A stretch of DNA of 64,000 nucleotides from assembly GCF_021730395.1 (NCBI RefSeq), contig NC_069372.1, forward strand, positions 62,847,754 to 62,911,753, written 5' to 3'. Below, one piece after another: positions 22,940 to 34,900 of the stretch. Below the pieces are notes generated by a model, which saw nothing but the letters and a program-made list of their open reading frames with translations, searched no databases and was not told the origin of the DNA. The position numbers and the translations under genes are program-made. This DNA is from Mercenaria mercenaria (lineage: Eukaryota). The stretch's first letter is position 1, and every line of letters begins with the position of its first letter.

Positions 22940-24530
22940 AATTATGGTTGGAACATCGATGCAGCCAGTGCTGATTTGAATCCGAAGATTGTTTCAGCAC
23001 TGACTACATGAGATGGTAAGACGTTCCACTCTACCACAGTTCTGGGGAAGAATGAGTATTTGTAGTAGTCAACTGTGGTAGAAGGTATTTGCAGAGCTAA
23101 GTGATGGTAATGTCTAGATTGTCTAGTGATTGGAGCGAGATATTGTTTAGGATCGACATCAACATGATTATGAACCATTTTGTAAAATAAAACCAACCTA
23201 CTATATTTTATATATACCTCTCTTAGCAGAATGTATATTACGTTTTAAGAAACCAATACTTTGACATGCATTACTAGATATTTTGTTTATATGAGGGGAC
23301 CAAGATAAGTTAGATGTTACTTCTACACCTAGGTAAGTAGCTCCCATAATGACAGACTGTTAAGGTCCTGTTGCAGCTGAGCTGAGTCTGCCTGTGACTT
23401 AATTGTTCTGACACAGTCATCTGCAAAATGACGCACATTGGAAGATACAGAACCCGGTAGGTCATTTATGTAGAGCAGGAGTAGTAAAGGTCCCAGGACG
23501 GACCCCTGGGGACGCCTGATATAACAGGAGCCAAGCCAGATGTTGCCCCAGCTACCACCACCCTTTGTGTTCTATGTCCTAGGAAAGCTTTGATCCAGGA
23601 ATGTGCAGAGCCCCTGATGCCATAGTGATCTAATTTTAATAAGAGCCGGCCACGGTGAACTACATCAAAGGCTTTACTAAAGTCCATGATGGCAACATCA
23701 ACTTGGCTTCGCTGTACTGATTTAGCTATGTCATGGATAAAACCCACAAGTTAGGTCTCGCAAGACCGCCGGGCACGAAAACCATGCTGGTTGTCCACCA
23801 GGATGTTAAATTTGTCTAAGTGATTCAAGATATTACTGACCACAATGTGTTCTAATAGTCTGCAAGCTATACATGTCAATGAGACTGGTCTATAAATTGA
23901 AGCTTGAAACTTTTCACCTTTTTTAAAGATTGGTGTTACGTAAGCCTCAGACCAATCTGAGGGAACAGTACCACTATCAAGAGATTTATTAAACAATATT
24001 GTAAAGATTGGAGCTATTTCAGTTGCACATTCTTTTAAAATTCTAGGTTTGATTTGGTCTGGACCTGCTGCTTTGTACGGGTTTAAATTTTCAAGAAATT
24101 TCTTAACACCATTTTCAGTTACTTTTATTCTGGGCATGCTAGCAAATGGGCTAGGACCAAGATTTGGTAAGCTTGGACTGGGGTCATTTGTAAATACTGA
24201 AGAAAACTGTTTATTTAAAATTTCTGACTTATCCTTGGCACTAGATTTCAAGACACCATTTTCTCTCAGAGGAGCAACAACACAAGAGTCATTTTTCAAA
24301 CTTTTAATAAAACCCCAGAAACGTTTAGTTGTGCCATGTTTATGTTCTTCTGAGCTACAAATAATATTATTCATGTAGTCCCAATATGAATTACGTGTTT
24401 TCTTTTGGATAAGAGTTTTAATCTTTTTAAGTTTAGAAAACCATGGAAGATGATGTCTACCTGAGACAATTTTGCTCGGTACATGACTTGCTAGCTCATC
24501 TAATTTCTGTTTAAAGCTATGCCACAATTC
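22940..24530 (-). pseudogene. Degraded LINE (CR1/L2-like) reverse-transcriptase fragment
   Basis: Three minus-strand ORFs in different frames (23751..24527, 23466..23747, 22942..23196). RT motifs are present (KAAGPDQI…YRPVSLTCI…, MDFSKAFDVV). Confidence 0.65.
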
Positions 24531-26269
24531 TTGAACACCCCAGTTTTGAGAGTGGTTTAGGGTGACAAAATTAATTAAACCTTTTTAAAAAATTAATTTC
24601 TGACCAATTTGCTTTATCAAATAGTAAAATTTTGTGCTTACTTTTTAGATTAACTCTTGCTGATGATAAAAGGTCAACAAATGGAATGCAATGGTCACTA
24701 AAACCAGGAATGTATTGTTTAGACAACTTAACGGGAAAACCCTACAAAAAATGAAATGTACATAACTTGATTCGCGTCTTGGGCGGAGTTTATGTAAATG
24801 ACGGTTACAAAAATAGCCACTCACGATAAGAAAATCCATATCAGTCAGGATGGAGGTAATGTAGAGATATATTACCTCCATGCAGTCAGTCACTACATGT
24901 GTATGATGCAAACACTGTATCGGCGCGGTTTTCTGAAATCAGCAGTAAACAATGAATAAAGTTTCCTTTTAAAAGAAAATGCTTAATGTAGGAACTCTAT
25001 AAAAGACTGCAAGTATATCAGCTTATGATCAAAACAAAAACAGTTCGCATAAAACCTAAAACATTGTGTAAAAGCATCGCCCTCGGTTGGGGTGTCGTTA
25101 ACGTGTTCTATTTATAGTCTAAATGAGGGTTTTCCTTTGTTACTATTTAAATCCGACGAAACCGGCAGTAGTCGACTTATCTGTCTTTTTCGCAAACATG
25201 ACGAAGCGGTGAAAACATGCATAGAAGCAGTCTAAATCCTGAACGAGCTTGTTGCAAGCCAAAACAAAAATACCCATTTAAATATGGTGTACCATTTGGG
25301 TCGAAAGTATGCTTTTCGTGCGCGCACATTTCAGAATATACGTGCACGTATAAAAGTATGCGTAAAGCAGACTTTCGGCCCAAATAGTACTCCATAGAAA
25401 TTGGCGGCAAATTTTCCTCTCAGATACCCATTTGGCAGATTACATTATTTCAGGGGCGTGCTTACTATGACAGGTATAAAAGTCCATAAATTCTTTACAA
25501 CAGTAAATGAAATAACTGAAATATGTTAAATCAGAAATGAAACGATCTTCATTTTCAATAAAATCTTTATATATGTAATTAATTTACATATTGTTCGTGA
25601 AACAACCTCGATTTAATAATAGACTGTCATAAAACGCAAACACCCGTTGGACCGATGTGTAGGTGTGACCAATCGGTAGACTTCTTACATCCTGCCGCTT
25701 GGATATATTCTGCTTCCCGGCTTCTTGTAGTAGACACGACTACAATTGGGGAGACAAAATAACCGAAAACAATATATAGGCTTGGAGTCGTAGCTCCAAG
25801 CCATAACAGAAATGACTTTGTGAGTAAACTATTTCTTTGTAGAATAAAGAATCGTTTAACATCATAAAAGTATATGCAAATGCAATATTACGAAAATAAT
25901 TTTATATCTATGCAATATCAAAACAAATGGTTGAAAATATAGTTGTCCGCACTCAGAAATCTTAAAAATTATTTTTGAAAATATTGTTAACTGAAATATT
26001 TGATATAAAAATCTTAACATATTATAATATAAATTTTATGCAACCAATTAATTTTTTTTAATTTAATTAAGATATAATATTTTTCTGTTCAATCAATCAT
26101 GTTCTTTCCCAGATCATACAACTATTTTCAAACGCTCATGTCATAAACATGTAATGAGATTTACTTTTTTAAAACAGGAAAATCCATAATAAATTTATGA
26201 TCAAAACGAGACCAGTTTCAACATTCAGTATTCTAATCACTAAATCTAATGCCACTCTAAGAGAAATCC

Positions 26270-26760
26270 AATATTAAGCAAATAAATATTCAATACTTGC
26301 GTTTAAATATTATTAAACATTCACTAAATATCTTAATTTAAAGAGACAGACACACGTTCTTTTCAATTAACTTTTACATAACCGACTTTCGAAGAATTCG
26401 AGTGTCATCTGCCATGTCTTATCCACAATCTATCGTCATTTTCTGATGATTGTGGCTGCTCCGGATTTAAAAGAAAGAAGTCCTTATTTTTTTTAGTCAA
26501 TCCAATATTGTTAGCTTTTCAATAAATACGAGTATCTCTGTTTACAGGCCTCAGTTTAAAGCTATTGAAATCAATTCTCAATTTTGCCAACGAAGCATTA
26601 TAAGAAACTAAACATTTTAAAATATCTAGATATTCCAAACAGAGTTTTCCCCCTTCATTACACACTATTATTGTACAACTGCAATCAAGCTTAACGACTA
26701 AGACTTTACTGTTGAATTATTAAGAACCAAAAAGAGTCTCTTTATTGTTTCCTTGACCTT
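26270..26760 (+). repeat. Segmental duplicate A (copy 1) upstream of the tandem array
   Basis: Near-identical to 28185..28690. Confidence 0.7.
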
Positions 26761-27503
26761 AAATATTTGAAGGATCTTTTAAACAAAAGAACATTTAGAA
26801 ATAAATGTTTGCCCAAACGTCGTATTTTCAGACGTAAGTGTCCAAAATAAAGAATAAAATATACGGAGTTTAGTATTATAATCATTAGCAAATCTATCCG
26901 CATCCTTCGGTCCAAACATACTGTCGTTAGGTGCACCGCGCATATTTCGTCTGAGAAACTTATAGTAGAACTTATAGTAGAATTTTGTTTTTGCTTGTCT
27001 TGTTACCAAAATTTATATGCAATATTCTGACCACAGTCTACTATATATGCTGCAATTAAATAGGACGCATCTAATATACACCATAATCGAAGGCAACGGG
27101 TTACCAAAGGGTTTTTTTTTTTTGCCATAAATAAGATGAAAACGTACATTCCAAAATTGTAAATATGTTAAGCATTTAATACTTTAACCAATATCAATAT
27201 CCCAATCCACTGAAACTCTTCTCTCAGTAAATTGGTAGAAAATTTTTGTTTGTAAAACAGATGCCATATAAACAAATTATCTGCCAACTGAGAAAGTTTT
27301 TTGGCACTAGATATTAGTAAACATTTTAAAATATCATTTCTAAGCAAATCTTGGTAAATCTTAAACGTCTATTATGAATTTTTTATAAGACCCGATTGTA
27401 GACCCCATAAATATCCCAACCATTCTAAGACCTGTACCGGAAAATATCGCACACTCGCTAAACTGTTCAAAAGTTTGATCAAAGAATAAATACTTATCAT
27501 ATT

Positions 27504-27716
27504 CTAATTAACTGTACTAAGTCTGACTTGATCGAGTCGATGTTCCCGAAAGGCTTTTCCCCAAAAGGTGAATTCAATAATGTAGGTGCTGGTCCCGTGT
27601 TGGATATTGGCCCAGTAATCCCCTTGTTGGTTAGAGGCACATCCATTGGCAAAATGACCCTCTTTGCCGCACCTGTAACAGAAGACATTGGACACTTCGC
27701 CATGTCGTCCATCCAT
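27504..27716 (-). other. Short ORF with Gag-like CCHC zinc knuckle (CYRCGKEGHFANGC), probable retroelement remnant
   Basis: The motif is read from the 70-aa minus-strand ORF. There is no wider Gag/Pol context. Confidence 0.25.
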
Positions 27717-27959
27717 AATTCCTCTGCTGATTTTGTTACGAAAAACATGTGTGCGTAAACTATCAAGAGAAAGAGAATGAGAAATAGTGGTAGTTTTTTC
27801 TCAGTTTTCTTCTTTGGCCGATCCTCCGCCTGTCGAATGCGCTTATCGTCGCCGGGCCGAAACTTCATGCAGTGTATAACGCTATAATAAATTCCATAGC
27901 AATAGTTATGCTTGGTCTTGTTTTGTTGAGCTCATTGAAGTCACATAACAATTTCTATT

Positions 27960-28160
27960 GTTTAACTTTATTGTTGGTAATAAGAGTACCAAAAGTCGAT
28001 CGGTTACCATCTGATTGGTAAAGAAGAGTGTAAGGTTGAATCATAACTTTATTAATTTTGGATAGAAGTGAATATTTTTTACATTCACCAGAAATTCAAA
28101 ACGTGTTAATTCTACTTATATAGTAATTGTTAGTATTTCTAAAAACGAAATTTGGGTCCA
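27960..28160 (+). repeat. Segmental duplicate B (copy 1)
   Basis: Matches 28695..28915 (…ccaaaagtcgatcggttaccatctgattggtaaagaagagtgtaagg…). Confidence 0.7.
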
Positions 28161-28184
28161 TTATAACTTTAGTAACCTTGACAT

Positions 28185-28690
28185 AAATATTCAATATTTG
28201 CGTTTAAATATTATTAAACATTCACTAAATATCTTAATTTAAAGAGACAGACACACGTTCCTTTAAATTAACTTTTACATACTGTAACCGACTTTCGCAG
28301 AATTTAAGTGCCATCTGCCATGTCTTATCCAGAATCTATCGTCATTTTCTGATGATTGTGGCTGCTCCGGATTTAAAAGAAATAAGTCATTCCGGATTTA
28401 AAAGAAAGAAGTCATTATTTTTTTAAGTCAGTCCAATATTGTTAGCTTTTCAATAAATACGAGTATCTCTGTTTACAGGCCTCAGTTTAAAGCTATTGAA
28501 ATCAATTCTCAATTTTGCCAACGAAGCATAATAAGAAACTAAACATTTTAAAATATCTAGATATTCCAAACAGAGTGTTCTCCCTTTATTACACACTATT
28601 ACTGTACAACTGCAATCAAGCTTAACGACTAAGACTTTACTGTTGAATTATTAAGAACCAAAAAGAGTCTCTTTATTGTTTCCTTGACCA
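28185..28690 (+). repeat. Segmental duplicate A (copy 2)
   Basis: Near-identical to 26270..26760, with small indels. Confidence 0.7.
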
Positions 28691-28694
28691 TAAA

Positions 28695-28915
28695 GTACCA
28701 AAAGTCGATCGGTTACCATCTGATTGGTAAAGAAGAGTGTAAGGTTGAATCATAACTTTATTAATATTGGATAGAAGTGAATATTTTTTACATTCACCAG
28801 AAATTCAAAACGTGGTACCACCTTAATACATATGAACGTGTTAATTCTACTTATATAGTAATTGTTAGTATTTCTAAAAACGAAATTTGGGTCCATTATA
28901 ACTTTAGCAACCTTG
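28695..28915 (+). repeat. Segmental duplicate B (copy 2), directly abutting the 66-bp tandem array
   Basis: Matches 27960..28160. The array starts within ~10 bp of its end. Confidence 0.7.
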
Positions 28916-28924
28916 AAATACATT

Positions 28925-31900
28925 ATCAAAGGAGGGTTTTGTGGTGGTGTGCGAGGTGCTGGTGATGATGTGCCAAATGTTAGGGTTGCTGTAGATGGTG
29001 GTGTGCGAGGTACCCGGGTTGCAATACGTGGTAGTTTACGAGATGCCAGGGTTGCTGTAGGTGGTGTATTACGAGGTACTGGGATTGCTGTAGGTGATAT
29101 TGTGTGAGGGGTCAAGGTTGCTGTAGGTGATGTATTACGAGGTTCCAGGATTGCTGTAGGTGATATTGTTTGAGGTGTCAAGGTTGCTGTAGGTGGTATA
29201 AAACGAGGTGCCAGGATTGCTGTAGGTGACATGTTTGAGGTGTCAAGGTTGCTGTAGGTGGTGTATTACGAGGTGCCAGGATTGCTTTAGGTGATATTGT
29301 TTGAGATGTCAAGGTTGCTGTAGGTGGTGTATTACGAGGTGTCAGGATTGCTGTAGGTGATATTGTTTGAGGTGTCAAGGTTGCTGTAGGTGGTGTATTA
29401 CGATACGAGGTGCCAGGATTCCTGTAGGTGATATTGTTTGAGGTGTCAAGATTGCTGTAGGTGGTGTATTACGAGGTGCCAGGTTTGCTGTAGGTGATAT
29501 TGTGTGAGGTGTCAAGGTTGCTGTAGGTGGTGTATTACGAGTGCCCGGATTGCTGTAGGTGATATTGTGTGAGGTGTCAAGGTTGCTCTAGGTGGTGTAT
29601 TACGAGGTGCCAGGATTGCTGTAGGTGATATTGTGTGAGGTGTCAAGGTTGCTCTAGGTTGTGTATTACGAGGTGCCCGGATTGCTGTAGGTGATATTGT
29701 TTGAGGTGTCAAGGTTGCTGTAGGTGGTGTATTACGAGGTGCCAGGATTGCTGTAGGTGATATTGTTTGAGGTGTCAAGGTTGCAGTAGGTGGTGTATTA
29801 CGAGGTGCCAAGATTGCTGTAGGTGATATTGTGTGAAGTGTCAAGATTGCTGTAGGTGGTGTATTACGAGGTGCCAGGATTGCTGTAGGTGATATTGTGT
29901 GAGGTGTCAAGGTTGCTGTAGGTGGTGTATTACGAGGGGGCTTGATTGCTGTAGGTGATATAGTGTGAGTTGTCAGGGTTGCTGTAGGTGGTGTATTACT
30001 AGGTGCCAGGATTGCTGTAGGTGATACTGTTTGAGGTGTCAGGGTTGCTGTAGGTGGTGTATTACGAGGTGCCAGGATTGCTCTAGGTATTATTGTGTGA
30101 GGTGTCAAGGTTGCTGTAGGTGGTGTATTACGAGGTGCCGGGATTGCTGTAGGTGATATTGTGTGAGGTGTCAAGGTTGCTGTAGGTGGTGTATTACGAG
30201 GTGCCGGGATTGCTGTAGGTGATAATGTGTGAGGTGTCAAGGTTGCTGTAGTTGGTGTTTTACGAGGTACCGGGATTGCTGTAGGTGATATTGTGTGAGG
30301 TGTCAAGGTTGCTGTAGATGGTGTATTACGAGGTGCCAGGATTGCTGTAGGTGACATGTTTGAGGTGTCAAGGTTGCTGTAGGTGGTGTATTACGAGGTG
30401 CCAGGATTGCTGTAGGCGATATTGTGTGAGGTGTCAAGGTTGCTGTAGGTGGTGTATTACGAGGTGTCAGGATTCCTGTAGGTGATATTGTTTGAGGTGT
30501 CAAGGTTGCTGTAGGTGGTGTATTACGAGGTGCCAGGATTCCTGTAGGTGTTATTGTTTGAGGTGTCAAGGTTGCTGTAGGTGGTGTATTACGAGATGCC
30601 AGGATTGCTGTAGGTGATATTGTTTGAGGTGTCAAGGTTGCTGTAGGTGGTGTATTATGAGGTGTCCGGATTGCTGTAGGTGATATTGTGTGAGGTGTCA
30701 AGGTTGCTGTAGGTGGTGTATAACGAGGTGCCCGGATTGCTGTAGGTGATATTGTTTGAGATGTCAGGGTTGCTCTAGGTGGTGTATTACGAGGTGCCAG
30801 GATTGCTGTAGGTGATATTGTTTGAGGTGTCAAGGTTGCTGTAGGTGGTGTATTACGAGGTGCCCGGAATGCTGTAGGTGATATTGTGTGAGGTGTCAAG
30901 GTTGCTCTAGGTGGTGTATTACGAGGTGCCAGGATTGCTGTAGGTGATATTGTTTGAGGTGTCAAGGTTGCTGTAGGTGGTGTATTACGAGGTGCCAGGA
31001 TTGCTGTAGGTGATATTGTGTGAGGTGTCAAGGTTGCTGTAGGTGGTATATTACGAGGTGCCAGGATTGCTGTAGGTGATATTGTGTGAGGTGTTAAGGT
31101 TGCTGTAGGTGGTGTTTTACGAGGGGGCTTGATTGCTGTAGGTGATATTGTGTGAGGTGTCAGGGTTGCTGTAGGTGGTGTATTACGAGGTGCCATGATT
31201 GCTTTAGGTGATACTGTTTGAGGTGTCAGGGTTGCTGTAGGTGGTGTATTACGAGGTGCCAGGATTGATCTAGGTATTATTGTGTGAGGTGTCAAGGTTG
31301 CTGTAGGTGGTGTATTACGAGGTGCCGGGATTGCTGTATGTGATATTGTGTGAGGTGTCAAGGTTGCTGTAGGTGGTGTATTACGAGGTACCGGGATTGC
31401 TGTAGGTGATATTGTGTGAGGTGTCAAGGTTGCTGTAGGTGATGTATTACGAGGTACCAGGATTGCTGTAGGTGATATTGTTTGAGGTGTCAAGGTTGCT
31501 GTAGGTGGTGTATTACGGGGTGCCAGGATTGCTGTAGGTGATATTGTGTGAGGTGTCAAGGTTGCTGTAGCGGGAGTATTACGAGGTGCCAGGATTGCTA
31601 TAGGTGATATTGTGTGAGGTGTCAAGGTTGCTGTAGGTGGTGTATTACGAGTTGCCAGGATGCTGTAGGTGATATTGTGTGAGGTGTCAAGGTTGCTGTA
31701 GGTGGTGTATTACGAGGTGCCCGGATTGCTGTAGGTGGTATTGTGTGAGGTGTCAAGGTTGCTGTAGGTGGTGTATTACGAGGTGCCAGGATTGCTGTAG
31801 GTGTATTACGAGGTGCCAGGATTGCTGAAGGTGATATTGTTTGAGGTGTCAAGGTTGCTGTAGGTGGTGTATTACGAGGTGCCAGGATTGCTGTAGGTGA

Positions 31901-34900
31901 TATTGTGTGAGGTGTCAAGGTTGCTGTAGGTGGTGTATTACGAGGCGCCAGGGTTGCTGTAGGTGATATTGTTTGAGGTGTCAAGGTTGCTGTAGGTGGT
32001 GTATTACGAGGGGCCTTGATTGCTCTAGGTGATATTGTGTGATGTGTCAGGGTTGCTGTAGGTGGTGTATTACGAAGTGCCAGGTTGCTGTAGGTGATAC
32101 TGTTTGAGGTGTCAGGGTTGCTGTAGGTGGTGTATTACGAGGTGCCAGGATTGCTGCAGTTGATATTGTGTGAGGTGTCAAGATTGCTGTAGTCGGTGTA
32201 TAACGAGGTGCCGGAATTGCTGTAGGTGATATTGTGTGAGGTGTCAAGGTTGCTGTAGGTGGTGTATTACGAGGTACCGGGATTTCTTAGGTGACATTGT
32301 TTGAGGTGTCAATGTTGTTGTAGGTGATGTATTACGAGGTTCCAGGATAGCTGCAGGTGATATTGTTTGAGGTGTCAATGTTGCTGTAGGTGGTGTATTA
32401 CGAGGTGCCAGGATTGCTGCGGGTATTATTGTGTGATGTGTCAAGGTTGCTGTAGGTGGTGTATTACGAGGTACCGGGGTTTCTAAGGTGATATTGTTTG
32501 AGTTGTCAAGGTTGCTGTAGGTGATGTATTACGAGGTTCCAGGATTGCTGCAGGTGATATTGTTTGAGGTGTCAATGTTGCTGTAGGTGGTGTATTACGA
32601 TGTGCCAGGATTGCTGTAGGTATTACTGTGTGAGGTGTCAAGGTTGCTGTATGTGGTGTATTACGAGGTGCCCGTATTGCTGTAGGTGTTATTGTGTGAG
32701 GTGTCAAGGTTGCTGTAGGTGGTGTATTACGAGGTGCCCGGATTGCTGTAGGTGATATTGTGTGAGGTGTCAAGGTTGCTCTAGGTGGTGTATTACGAGG
32801 TGCCAGGATTGCTGTAGGTGATATTGTGAGGTTTCAAGGTTGCTCTAGGTGGTGTATTACGAGGTGCCAGGATTGCTGTAGGTGATATTGTTTGAGGTGT
32901 CAAGGTTGCTGTAGGTGGTGTATTACGAGGTGCCAGGATTGCTGTAGGTGATATTGTGTGAGGTGTCAAGGTTGCTCTAGGTGGTGTATTACGAGGTGCC
33001 AGGATTGCTGTAGGTGATATTGTGTGAGGTGTCAAGGTTGCTGCAGGTGGTGTATTACGAGGTGCCCGGATTGCTGTAAGTGATATTGTGTGAGGTGTCA
33101 AGGTTGCTCCAGGTGGTGTATTACGAGGTGCCAGGATTGCTGTAGGTGATATTGTTTGAGGTGTCAAGGTTGCTGTAGGTGGTGTATTACGAGGTGCCGG
33201 ATTGCTGAAGGTGATACTGTGTGGAGTGTCAAGGTTGCTCTAGGTGGTGTATTACGAGGTGCGAGGATTGCTGTAGGTGATATTGTTTGAGGTGTCAAGG
33301 TTGCTCTAGGTGGTGTATTACGAGGTGCCCGGATTGCTGTAGGTGATATTTTGTGAGGTGTCAAGGTTGTTGTAGGTGGTGTATTACGAGGTGCCAGGAT
33401 TGCTGTAGGTGATATTGTTTGAGGTGTCAAGGTTGCTGTAGGTGGTGTATTACGAGGTGCCAGGATTGCTGTAGGTGATATTGTGTGAGGTGTCAAGGTT
33501 GCTGTAAGTGGTGTATTACGACGTGCCAGGATTGCTGTAGGTGATATTGTTTGAGGTTTCAAGGTTGCTGTAAGTTGTGTATTACGAGGTGCCAGGATTG
33601 CTGTAGGTGATATTTTGTGAGGTGTCAAGGTTGTTGTAGTTGATGTATTACGAGGTTCCAGGATTGCTGTAGGTGATATTGTTTGAGGTGTCAAGGTTGC
33701 TGTAGGTGGTGTATTACGAGGTGCCAGGATTGCTGTAGGTGATATTGTGTGAGGTGTCAAGGTTGCTCTAGGTGGTGTATTACGAGGTGCCAGGATTGCT
33801 GTAGGTGATATTGTTTGAGGTGTCAAGGTTGCTGTAGGTGGTGTATTACGAGGTGCCAGGATTGCTGTAGGTGATATTGTGTGAGGTGTCAAGGTTGCTG
33901 TAGGTGGTGTATTACGAGGTGCCAGGATTGCTGTAGGTGATATTGTGTGAGGTGTCAAGGTTGCTGTAGGTGGTGTATTACGAGGAGCCTTGATTGCTGT
34001 AGGTGATATTGTGTGAGGTGTCAAGGTTGCTGTAGGTGGTGTATTACGAGGTGCCAGAATTGCTGTAGGTGATATTGTTTGAGGTGTCAGGGTTGCTGTA
34101 GGTGGTGTATTACGAGGTGCCAGGATTGCTGCAGGTGATATTGTGTGAGGTGTCAATGTTGCTGTAGGTGGTGTATAACGAGGTGCCGGGATTGCTGTAG
34201 GTGATATTGTGTGAGGTGTCAAGGTTGCTGTAGGTGGTGTATTACGAAGTACCGGGATTGCTGTGGGTGATATTGTGTGAGGTGTCAAGGTTGCTGTAGG
34301 TGGTGTAATACGAGGTACCAGGATTGCTGTAGGTGATATTGTTTGAGGTGTCAATGTTGCTGTAGGTGGTGTATCACGAGGTGCCAGCATTGCTGTAAGT
34401 GATATTGTGTGAGGTGTCAAGGTTGCTGTAAGTGGTGTATTACGAGGTGCCAGGATTGCTGTAGGTGATATTGTTTGAGGTGTCATGGTTGCAGTAGGTG
34501 ATGTATTACGAGGTTCCAGGATTGCTGCAGGTGATATTGTTTGAGGTGTCAATGTTGCTGTAGGTGGTGTATTACGATGTGCCAGGATTGCTGTAGGTAT
34601 TACTGTGTGAGGTGTCAAGGTTGCTGTATGTGGTGTATTACGAGGTGCCCGTATTGCTGTAGGTGTTATTGTGTGAGGTGTCAAGGTTGCTGTAGGTGGT
34701 GTATTACGAGGTGCCCGGATTGCTGTAGGTGATATTGTGTGAGGTGTCAAGGTTGCTCTAGGTGGTGTATTACGAGGTGCCAGGATTGCTGTAGGTGATA
34801 TTGTGAGGTTTCAAGGTTGCTCTAGGTGGTGTATTACGAGGTGCCAGGATTGCTGTAGGTGATATTGTTTGAGGTGTCAAGGTTGCTGTAGGTGGTGTAT

